From Camelus dromedarius (taxonomy: Eukaryota), in the NCBI RefSeq assembly GCF_036321535.1, contig NC_087451.1, positions 54,250,001-54,314,000 on the forward strand: a stretch of 64,000 nucleotides of DNA, read 5' to 3'. The notes under the pieces are model-generated. The model had not been told where the DNA came from and searched no databases. It was given only the letters and a program-made list of their open reading frames with translations. Position numbers and translations under genes: made by a program. Positions 48,881-61,700 of the stretch are shown piece after piece; position 1 is the stretch's first letter; each line of letters opens with the position of its first letter.

Positions 48881-50924
48881 CTTCATTTGTCTTTTAGCTC
48901 GGATTTCCTCTTTGACTCAGGGTCCCTCAGCAGCGAGGACCAGGCTGGCTGCAGGGTGGGGTGGACACTTCTCTTTGATCCTACAGCCCTGGGCAGCCTC
49001 CTCCCTTTGTTTGGGGCAGAGCTGAGCTGATGGAAGGGTCTGATCCTGCCTGGAGGTGGCTGGTGCAGAAGGAGGGTGGAGCTCCCTCGGGGTTGATAGC
49101 TGGGCTGCTGTCCCTCCCGGGTCTTTCTTCTTGAAGACAAGAAGGTTCTAGATATTTCCTTCCTCTTCTACATCGCAAGCCCCCTCTTTCACCTCCCCTG
49201 CCAAATGCTGGTTCCCTGTCTTCCTAGAGATGGCTAGCCTCTTGGCCCCTTCACCCTGCGCCCATGGGGGTGTGTGTGTCAATCAGTCCTTCTGGCTGTG
49301 AGTGAGGTGGGGGTGACTGACAGTGATTTCTTCACCCAGGATGATCCCTATCAGGGACGAGGTGATGAAAGGCAGCCAGGCTATCTGATGGGCTCTGGTC
49401 CAGCTGGAAAGTATGAGGGAAAGGTTCCTACTGCAACTCCCAGCTAGAGATTGGCCACAGTTACACAACCGCGGTGTGCACAGAAGTACCTCACTGGGCG
49501 CCCTCCGATATGCACAAATACCTGTCTGTACACACGTGCCCAGGCTGTTCCATGCCTGGTGCACACGCAGTTGGTGCCTAATGCATGTCAAATGAGTAAA
49601 AACCTCATGGCTCCTGACCCTCAAATTAGGAAGATTGACAAAGGATCAGTTTTTGGCTCCTAGGGTGCAGAGTAAGTTATGTTTTTCCACTTTCCCATCC
49701 TGCATCTTGGCCAAAATGATCATCTCCCCTAATGGAATTCGTATTCCCCCGGCTCTAACCCTAACCCAATTGTTCAGAGTAAAATCTGATACCCAGGTTG
49801 GCCCATCCCATCACTTGTTTGGGAGAGACTGGGGTCACAAAGTTTAAGGCCACTTTGGGATGGGGGCATCAGAATCATTTAGGGGTTCCAGAGGAGAGTA
49901 GACTGTTTAGGGGGGCCAAATAGTTGTTTCCATCTGCTGTTGGACTTAGACACCTGGGTGGAGGAGGGACAGGCATGTTCCCATGACCTCGTGCCCACCC
50001 CACTCTTTGGCTCCTCTTTTATCTTCCTGGTTCTGGGAGACTTAGACCCCAGGAGTCTGGTGAGCCCTCTCCTCCTCTTCCCCCACTGCTGCCCCCAGGG
50101 GCAGGAGGGCAGCTGTGGGGCCGGCTGGGCCTGTCTGGGCAGGGCTGGGGCCACCCCTCCTCCCCTTGCAGCTCCTCCCGCTGACCTGCATTCTTAGCGG
50201 GGGCCTTTGGTGGGGCTCTGACGCTCAGTTGCTGGCCCTGACAGCAAATGCTGCCTGGCTGGCCCTGCCCCATCCCCCCCACCCCCATGGAGCCCAAGGC
50301 CACCTCTGACCCCTCAGTTCTGGCGCCCCTGGGAGGACGAACCTGGAGGGGCTGAGAAGGAGTTCGGGAAATCAGAGCATCTGGGCTGACCCTCTGGGCG
50401 ACTTCTCTGAGGCACCATCTCCTCTCCTGGGAAGCGGGAGTAGAATCCCTCTAGGGTAGATGAGTGAAGTCAGGAATGGGAAAGTGACAGAGGAGCAGGC
50501 AGCCTGGGAACTGCAGCCTCGGGCTGTGCTGCGCCGACCCACGTCTCTCCTGCCTGTCCCTGGCCCGCAGCAGGCAGCCGGGGGAGTGCAGCGGGTGAGC
50601 CAGCTTTCCTGCCCGCCGCTTCAGGTCCTCACGTTTGTCAGCACACAGCCTTGATGTTTGTTTCTGGAATGACGTCCAATGGCAACCTCACCTCCCACCC
50701 TTGACATCACACCAGAAGCAGCCTTCACTTCCCATTAATCATAGTGAATCTGACTGCTCAGTATCTTAGCAGTGTAGGTTTGAAAAGAATCTCAGGAATC
50801 AAATAGTCCAGCTGTTCCCACCCTGGTAGAGGGCACATTAGAATCACCAATGGAGTTTTTCCAGATGCCCAGATTCACTCCCCCAAATCCCACCAAATTA
50901 TATCCCTTGGGGGTGCTGCAGTAG

Positions 50925-51070
50925 AGCAGCACTTCTCAGACTGCACCTGGCAGTCTTGTTAACATGCAGATTCCAATTCAGAAGGTTTGAGGTGGGGCCC
51001 AAGATTCTGCATTTTGAACAACCTTCCAGATAATGCTGATGCTGGTAACCTTCGAACACTTTGAGAAGAA
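50925..51070. mobile_element. MER5A-like DNA transposon relic
   Basis: ttgttaacatgcagattcc-aattcagaaggtttgaggtggggcccaagattctgcatttt-aacaaccttccagataatgctgatgctg...acactttgagaa matches the MER5A pattern. Confidence 0.75.
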
Positions 51071-52199
51071 AAGTATTCAAGTACATGTTGTGCAGTGGGA
51101 GTTGTGAGTTGTGTGGCTGAAAATAATCCCTTCTCACTCAACTTGAGAACCACTGATCTAGTCCAATGCCTTCTTTTGCTATTGGGAAAACTGAGGCCCT
51201 CGCAGGTACAGTGACCTGGAAGAGACCAGCAGAGCCACAGTAGGGGCAGCAGGAAATGTTAGTCTGCAGAGTTCCAGGTAGTGGTCTTCTCTGCCTCCAG
51301 CCCAGCTTCCAGGTCAATCTTCTCTGCAAGTGGCTGTCCCCTTTCTGAAAGTGAAGCCCATCTCCCTGCAGACAGCATAGTCTTGGGAATCAGCCTTGTT
51401 TATGTAGAGGCAATCAGAAAATATCTCAGATTTCAGATGCTCCAACAGCCTTATCTGGCAGGTTACCCCTGGCCATCACCCAGCTCTCTTGCCTGCAGCC
51501 TGCCCCCTGGGGAAGCCTCGGCCTCTGCTTTCATTCCCTTTCCAGGGATGACCACATGCTGGGATGCTGTGTCCAGGGCTCTGAGCAACAGCCTTGACTG
51601 GTTGGCATGGTGGATGTGGGAGAAATATTCTGCTGGGTCTCCCCTCCCCCCATTCGTGGAGGGCTCCCTAGAGCAAGAGTGTGATATGCATTTGCTTAAA
51701 TGCTGGTTATGGGGATCTTCTTCATAGAGGAAAATGACCCGGAAAGCAGAACATTTGGGATCGGAGCCCACCTCCACACCGATCTGTGCCCCCTTGGCCA
51801 AGACTTCTCCTTTGCTGTTTCAGTTTCACTATACATACAGGTGGCAAATCTTTGAACTAGAAATTTCCAAATTTCCTTTCAAAGCTAAATTCCAATGAGC
51901 TTGAGCACTGTGGGGCGGAATTGGGTTTTTGGGGTTCAGGTGGATTTTGTGCTTACGTGCCTTAAAAAAATGCATTAACTTTAATTATCCCTATACCTCC
52001 TGGCCTGTGAACATTCTTATAGATCTTATTTCTGAGGGGTTGGGGAGTGGGAGGTGGGAGATGGAGTAGGGGAGGGGTCGTGGGGGAGGGGCACCAGCCT
52101 GGAATTGAGCATTTGTTATTCAAACCAGGACACAAGTAGCTGAGGTTCTTCCTTAACCTCCAGATGCTCCAGCAGTCCCAGGTCATAAAAAATCAACCC

Positions 52200-52800
52200 A
52201 GGTTTTTCTTTCCTCCCTTTTCACGTGGGCTCCTGACAGTGACTCCATTGGAGAAGCCCCGCGGATTCGCCACAGACTTTATCCGGCCTGAAAGCGGCGC
52301 CCGGGCAAGGCAGGCAGCCAGCAGGACTTGGAAGGTCGCTCCGCTCCAAGAAGTGGTGCTGGCGCGCGCCCTGGTGGAAAGTGGAGGAACTTCAGAAGCT
52401 CAGTTCCGGCTCCGCCCCCCGGGGCCAAAGCCTTCCAGGTCACCTAGGAGCCTCCGCCCCTTGGGACGGACCTGACCCGAAGCCGAGGTAGTGGCGCTCG
52501 GGATTAAGAGGGGCCCTTGGAGGGAGAGAGGGTGAGGGGCATACAGTACTGCGGAAGCGAGAAAGCATGGATGGAAGAGGGGCGTGGGACTCTTGGAGAG
52601 GGGTGAGGTAGCGAGGGAGACGAAGGATAGGGTCCTCGGAGCATGCGGTCGGCGCCTGCCTGCTGACTTCCTAGCCTAGAGTTTGGAGGGAGAGGGGGTG
52701 TCTCCGTTGCGCTCGCCGCGCATCCGGCATGCTTGCGGTGCTTAGAGTCCAAAACTCAACGGCAGTGTTTTCCCTGAGTATCTGCACGTGTTGGGAAAGG
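52200..52800 (+). promoter_or_regulatory. SCRN2: SCRN2 CpG-island promoter and non-coding exon 1 (candidate donor GAG|GTAGTG 52487/52488)
   Basis: CpG-dense, with E-box TCACGTG 52221-52227 and GC boxes. The start ATG lies directly after an acceptor (CAG|ATG 52879/52880), so a non-coding upstream exon is expected. Confidence 0.7.
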
Positions 52801-52810
52801 GGCTCCCTAG

Positions 52811-55927
<3,117 letters not shown>

Positions 55928-56057
55928 GCCTGGCTCCTCCCGGCCTGGAGTGGGGTGCAGGGGGCTGGAGTGGGCCCAAGGGCCCTGGGGTAGTGGGCCA
56001 GAGCAATCCCTTCATCCCCTCGGCCTTGTTCTGAGTGGCCAGGTCGGCCTTTGCCCT

Positions 56058-56063
56058 AATAAA
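56058..56063 (+). terminator. SCRN2: SCRN2 polyadenylation signal
   Basis: AATAAA 130 nt after the stop codon, followed by a T-rich tract. Confidence 0.75.
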
Positions 56064-56611
56064 CATGTTTTCCCTCCTTCATTGTCCAGGTCCAGTGGGT
56101 TGGGGGAGCCAAGAGAGGGCGAAGGGCAGCCCTGAGCTGGCTGTGGGCCACTGCGTGCTTTGCTGGGCAACACGTTCTTCTGACTTGGAGGTGGTCGGTG
56201 AAGGTCGCGAAGGGGCCTGTGAGGGGAGGTGGCCCCCAGGCGTAGGTTGTGTGTGCAAGAGCATGCCTGGCACACAGCAGGTGGCTGCTACATGGGGAGA
56301 ATTAGAACCAAGAGTTTTTGGTTCTTGGCTTGAACCCAGGAAGGGCACTCCCTAGGGGTGGCGGTGAGATGCGCCCACCGCAAGGTGGCGTCCTCCATGA
56401 GGGGATGCCCGCCTCCTGCCCACTCAGGAGCTGGGAAGCCCGGTAGGGCCCGAGACGGGGTGCCAGTCCCTTGGGTAGTTCTTGAAAGATCCTGGTCTTT
56501 CTTTAGAACCGGTCTCTGTATTCCTGCCACTGTTTCCTGGTGCCTCTACTGACTGCTTCCCCTGAGATGCCCCCAAGTGACATGGAAGACCTCTGCAGGG
56601 CCTGGAGACAC

Positions 56612-56617
56612 TTTATT
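56612..56617 (-). terminator. LRRC46: LRRC46 polyadenylation signal
   Basis: TTTATT on + (AATAAA on -), about 105 nt past the LRRC46 stop codon. Confidence 0.75.
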
Positions 56618-56721
56618 GGGGACAGGCTCCTGCCACAAGCGAGGGCTCTGAAGATGGGGGGCTATTCTACCCCTTGTTCCTCTGTGTTCCTTGGGCTTTG
56701 CTGATAGCAATGGGCTGCACT

Positions 56722-59700
56722 TCATTTCTTGATTCTTTTGGTTACAGTTTTAGTCATGCTGGGGGCCCCCCCAAGAGGGGCTTTAGGGGCTGAGGCTGCT
56801 CTGGCCCCCTTCCCTGCCTGCACAGTGCTTTGCTGGCCCCTGGAAACCAGAGGGCATGATTTCTTGGTGGCAGAAGAGGCTTGTGGCAAGGAGGCAGGCT
56901 CCGGGGATGTGTCCTTCCCTAGCTTGGGAGTGACTGAAGGACTGCTGTCCCCAGCCATGGGTGCCCTTGGCAGTGGGGGGAGGTCGGTGAGGGCGGGCTG
57001 TGTCTCCACCCTCAGAAGATGCTCGAGCAGGGCTGTCTGCTGCCTGCGCTCCCGGTGCCTTCTCATATCCTGCTCCAGCTCCTGGAGGAAGCCTATGAGG
57101 GGCAGGGATGGTGGGTGGTGGATGGAACCCAAGGCTTATCGGGAACACCCCTGGGCTGAGGAGGAGGTCCCTGGCTGAGCTCCTGAGCAAACTCTCCCTA
57201 AGGGGGAGGAGTGTGAGGCGGGACCAGGATGAGTTGCCTGCCTGCCCAGACTGCTCCTGGCCCTGGGACCACCTCCCCAGACACCACTGCCATCTTAGCT
57301 CCTCCCAGACCCCGCAGGGCAGGGGTGAACTCTGGGGAGGCTGCAAGCCTTGAAAGCAGGGTCACCTCGCTCTGAGCAGAACGGGCCACTCAGCTCCGGG
57401 AACTCCTCGTCCTCATCGCTTGAGGCTTTATCCTCCTCGTCCGAGGTCCAGCGCTCTAACACCGGCTGCCCATCCAGGTACAGGAGCAGGGGCAGGGCTT
57501 CTACCACCCGCTCCCTGTAGGGCAGAAAGAGCAGAGGCTACCTGGGTGGGCACCCCTGGGTGTGGAGCCTGGGAGCGCAGACACAAGCCACAGCAACCAC
57601 ACCAGGAGGGGTGCCGTTCTTGAGCTGGAAGCTGGGCCTGTGGTCAGGCCACGGATCTGGCTCCAGGTGGCATTATGGGTGTGGGAGGGAAACAAGGGTC
57701 CGACTTGAGCTGGGGTGAGGGAGGGGAAGATGCCAGGGACGGAGCCCCGAGGTTTGTGGGCCGAGAGGGAGCTCAGCCAATCAGCCCTTTCTTCCCACCT
57801 TCAATTCCTCCTCACCTGTAGCCATCCTGGGCGGTGCAGCTGTTTCCAGTCAGGTTGAGGATGAGAAGGCTCTCGGGGAATTCATCTGCCCATAGCAAAG
57901 GGAGACCACTGCCCCTCTGCACAGCCCCCAGACCCCCTGGAGCATGTGCAAGCACAGGGAGAGGGGGGCAGAGAGGCGGGAGGGCCCCGCCTGGGACTTA
58001 TTCCATGAACCAGGGCAAAGGCTTCCTACCCAGCTTCAGTACTTCTATCAGGTTCTCCGAAAGGTCCAGAGACTGGAGGTGTGGGAGGTCGCGGAGGTTT
58101 TCCACCTGCCTGATTTGGTTTCCTGCCAGAGACAGGAAGCTGTAGGGGAAGGGAGGAGTGCAGAGACAGCCAAATCACAGAATAGCTGGAGGAAGGGAGG
58201 AGAGCACCAGGCGCCCAGGTCCCCTGGCTAGGCAGCTGGATGACGAGTGGGGACACAAGGCTTTTTGGGGTGATGGGCTAGGTTTGTGGGGGTCCTCTGC
58301 TGATAGGTAGTGGGCGTGGGGAGGTCTTGAGCCAGTTCTTTGCAGGTATTACCAGGTTTCCTCCCCTTCATTCTCCCTCTTCTCCTCATCCCTCACCCTG
58401 CCTGAGCCCTGGCACCTCTTACCGCAAGGAGGGGATGCAGGCCAGGTTCTCAATTCGCTGGATCTTGTTCTGCAGGAAGAAGCCGAGGTGGGGAAACCAA
58501 GCTGAGGTCAGCTGTGTTGGGGGGCCCTTCAAAGGAACAAAGCCCCAAGACCCTGTCTACTCTTGAGGCTGGAGATCTGGCCCTTTGGGAATGATCACCC
58601 CACTCCTTGAACTGGTAGTTACTACTTTGGGATGATTTGCTTTCTCCAGGTGGGTGGATAAGGGTGTAAACCTGGGGCTGGCTAAACTTGGTTCAGGTGT
58701 GCCCTGCTCACCCCAAAACCAAAGAGTGACCCGGAAATCAGAAGAGGAAACCAAGGGCCACAGGGAAATCAAAAAGGCCTTGGTGGTGGATTGCACACAA
58801 GAAGGGAACAGCGAACATACACTACTTTGATCTGTAGTTTCTGTCGGGAAAGGTTCAGGGATCTGGGTATATTCAACCTGGGGGAGGCTGGAGATCACCT
58901 GCCCACCCCCACCCCCACCCCCACCCCCACTGACAAACAGCCTTCAAGGTTTTGATGGATGCAGAGGAAGCTTCTTGGTTCCCTCTTCCTTTTCTTCAAA
59001 ACAGGAAATGGATTTTGAACTACGTAGCATGAGAGATTTAGAGTAGACTACAAGAAGGACTTCTTGAACAAGAGACATGTTCAACAAAAAATAGTGATTC
59101 AAGAACATGGTCAGGATCTCTTTTGGGAGGATTGGTCTTTCAATTCAGAAGGATTCCTGATTCATCTGAAAACAGTGAAGGTCTGCCTGCCTGAACACTA
59201 GGAAGTGGGCAAGATGACCTGGTTGGCTCTTTTCAGATTATAGACAGACCTGGCCCACAAGGGATAGAGTCACCTCCACAGGGAGGAGGAAGGGCAGGAG
59301 GCAAGAATTTACCGCTTGCAGATAGAGGCTGTGAAGATTCTGGAGGCCCTCTAGGTTCTTGATAGTGGTAATTCCCTCCCGATCCAGGCGGACAGTCTGC
59401 AGTTCAGCAAGCGTGTGAAACCTGGGCAAACAGTCAGCAGAGTGGTGTGACAGAGGGCCACTTTCTGTGGTGTCTTAGCAGGGAGATGGAGGGGATGGTG
59501 TCTTAAAGAGGGGTGGATGGCTCAGTGACTCTGATCAGATGTCAGGGACACCTGCTTAACTCATGAGGTTGGGTCCAGGTTGTGAAACTGGGTTGACTTG
59601 GAGACCTGGGTCTCTGTCAGTAGCCCCAGGAGGGATCAGAGTGAGAAGGGAGTAAGGGCCCTTGGACTGGGAAACTGGGTGATGGCAGCTTATGGTTCCT

Positions 59701-61115
59701 GGAGAGAATCAGAGAGAGGGAGGAGAAGACTTCCTCAAGCCAGCTTGGGTGAGGGAGGCAACAAGTGAGACAGAGAGGAGACAATCTCTGCAGGAAGATC
59801 CTTCCTCACCTCCCTTCTCAGTGGTCCATGGAAGGGAAATCACTTGTTCCTTCACCCATTCATTAATTTCACAACATTTACTGAGTGCTCACTAGAGAAA
59901 AACGACAGTCCTTGCCTATCACTATTAGGGAAGAAGCCCAACCATCTATGACAAATGGGTGTCAGAGGCAAGTGCAAGGGACTAAGGGCAGACATGGACT
60001 GTACACTGAGTTCAGACTAGGGGGAATCAGGGAGTACTTCCTGGAGGAGGTGACATGTGTAGGCACTAGCCAGGAAGGTGAGGTAGGATGAGGAGAAGGC
60101 ATTTCAAGTAGAAGGCATAGTATGTATGAATCCAGCCCTTCTTGAACTTTAATGTGCCCATGAATACATTGGGGGGGAGGTTCTTGTTAAAATGCAGATT
60201 GATTCAGTAGGTGGGTCTGAGATTCTTCGTTTCTAACAAGCTTCTACTTGATGCTGCTGCTGCCCCCTTCTCCCCTGCCACTCCCGCCAGCACCACTCTG
60301 GGTAGTAAGGTGCCAAGGTGTGAGAACATGGGGTCTTAGGGGAATTGCACACTTGCGGAGAGTGGCAAGAAATAAAGCTAAAAAGGCAACAGAGGTCAAC
60401 TCATGCTAAGGTGTTTGGATTTTATGCTGGGGGTACTAGGGAGCCAAGGAAGGTTCTGCCAGATTTGTCATTTAAAAGGATCACTTTCAAGGGCAGGGAG
60501 ACTAAGGAGTCTGTTGAGAGGTGATGACATTTAAGACCCTTATTTAAAGCAACTGAGTGGTTGGGGGAGGGTATAGCTCAAGTGGTAGAGCGCATGCTTA
60601 GTATGCATGAGATTCTGGGTTCAATCCCCAGTGCCCCCTCTAAGAATAAATAAGTCAATCTAATTACCTCCCCCCACCAAAAAAAGAAAAAATAAATAAA
60701 ACAACTGAGTGGGCATGGTGAAAAAGAAATAGAATGATTTTTAAGGAGGGAGAATCAATTGGATATTGTTACTGACTGAATGTGTGGAGTAAGTAAAGAG
60801 AGGGACAAAGATAACTTGACAAATGAGTACAGCTCAGTGGACTGCTGACATCCTGTGTGTTTCATTCTTCCAGCATCCTTTCCTCCCCTGTGCACTCACA
60901 TCTTCTCTGACAGACCCTCATCCTCAGGGAAGGCCAAGTTCCTCTTAGTGATAAGGGCTTCCGTAATGCACCTGCTGCCTTCCTCCGGACTCTGGGCAAG
61001 CTCAGCTGTGAAAAAATGAGTCAAATTGTTACATTTCCTCATTCTTGAAGGACAGACTCTACTGTCATCCAGCTGTTTCACCCACCATCCTACTTTCCTG
61101 CTCACCTCCAGGCAT
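56722..61115 (-). CDS. LRRC46: Leucine-rich repeat-containing protein 46, 323 aa; coding exons 61106-61115, 60900-61005, 59313-59421, 58423-58469, 58030-58139, 57816-57885, 57366-57514, 56722-57092
   Basis: GT-AG junctions in phase, 972 nt = 323 aa + stop. LRRs include LQTVRLDREGITTIKNLEGLQNLHSLYLQANKIQRIENL and LSLAGNQIRQVENL; acidic SDEEDKASSDEDEEF; basic C-terminus KRIKK*. Confidence 0.96.
58902..58930 (-). repeat. (GGGGGT)n hexamer repeat on the LRRC46 sense strand, intron 3
   Basis: + strand reads CCCACCCCCACCCCCACCCCCACCCCCAC. Confidence 0.85.
59860..60520 (-). mobile_element. LINE-2 fragment interrupted by a MER5A-like relic (about 60130-60310)
   Basis: Reversed L2 tail cattcattaatttcacaacatttactgagtgct; MER5-like ttcttgttaaaatgcagattgattcagtagg...tttctaacaagctt. 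Boundaries are approximate. Confidence 0.6.
60561..60697 (+). mobile_element. tRNA-Ala-derived SINE (camelid Vic-1-like) with target-site duplication, LRRC46 intron 2
   Basis: gggtatagctcaagtggtagagcgcatgcttagtatgcatgagattctgggttcaatcccc plus an A-rich tail. TSD AAAGCAACTGAGTGG 60546-60560 / AAAACAACTGAGTGG 60698-60712; the 5' flank TTT|AAAG fits an L1 endonuclease site. Confidence 0.88.
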
Positions 61116-61349
61116 GATCTAAAAGCTGCTGGCCTGGGGCAGGATTGGAACAAACAGGAGCAGAGCAGCTTGGGCAGCTCCTGGGAATGGCGGAACCCAG
61201 GCCGGTATGAGGAGAAGCTCAGAAAATTGGAAGACAAAGGAAATGGGTTGGTTCAGAGCCAATTGTTGGGGGTAGGGTAGAAGACGAAAGTAAATTGAAA
61301 TGGAGGGTCTGGAGTTTGAGGGGCGTAGAGGGGATTTGCTGGCCGCCTC

Positions 61350-61700
61350 CAGGGAGACTGTAGGTTGACAGTAGTGCCTGCGGTTGGGAAGAACGGTTAG
61401 AGTCTAACGTCGTTGCTAAGAGACCGGACGCCAAGTAGGGCACGGGGGATGGGGGGCGGGCTCACTGATGCAGGACTCGGCGCATGCGGATTACTGCTCC
61501 AGCCAGCGGCCCCGCCCTCTGCTTCCGGTCCAGGGCTTCCCCACAATCCTTGGCTCCTTCCGTCTCGCTACGCTCCCGGCGGTTCTTCCGGTGGCGATGG
61601 CTGCGACCGTGGCTGGGATGCTGCGAGGTGGTCTCCTGCCCCAGGCGGGTAAGGAGTGGCCCAGATCTTCACGGCGCGTTCCGGCCGGTGCTCTCTACTC
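61350..61700. promoter_or_regulatory. LRRC46/MRPL10 bidirectional CpG-island promoter
   Basis: The start codons are head-to-head, 482 nt apart (61115 -, 61597 +). Motifs: X-box GTTGCTAAGAGAC 61412-61424, NRF1-like GGCGCATGCGGA 61479-61490, ETS CTTCCGG at 61522 and about 61585, and GC boxes. Confidence 0.88.

Noticed and set aside
29004-50330. Several CTCF-like cores (AGGGGGCGC at about 29010, AGAGGGCGC at about 42103, reverse copies at about 32272, 43510 and 50322)
   Set aside because: Each lacks the conserved 5' CC of the motif, so they cannot be called without a PWM scan or ChIP data.
60568-60640. tRNA-Ala(AGC)-like sequence (also at 32700-32765 and 37636-37714 on the minus strand)
   Set aside because: These are SINE heads: stems are disrupted, and the 32.7 kb and 60.6 kb copies have tails and target-site duplications. 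They are not tRNA genes.
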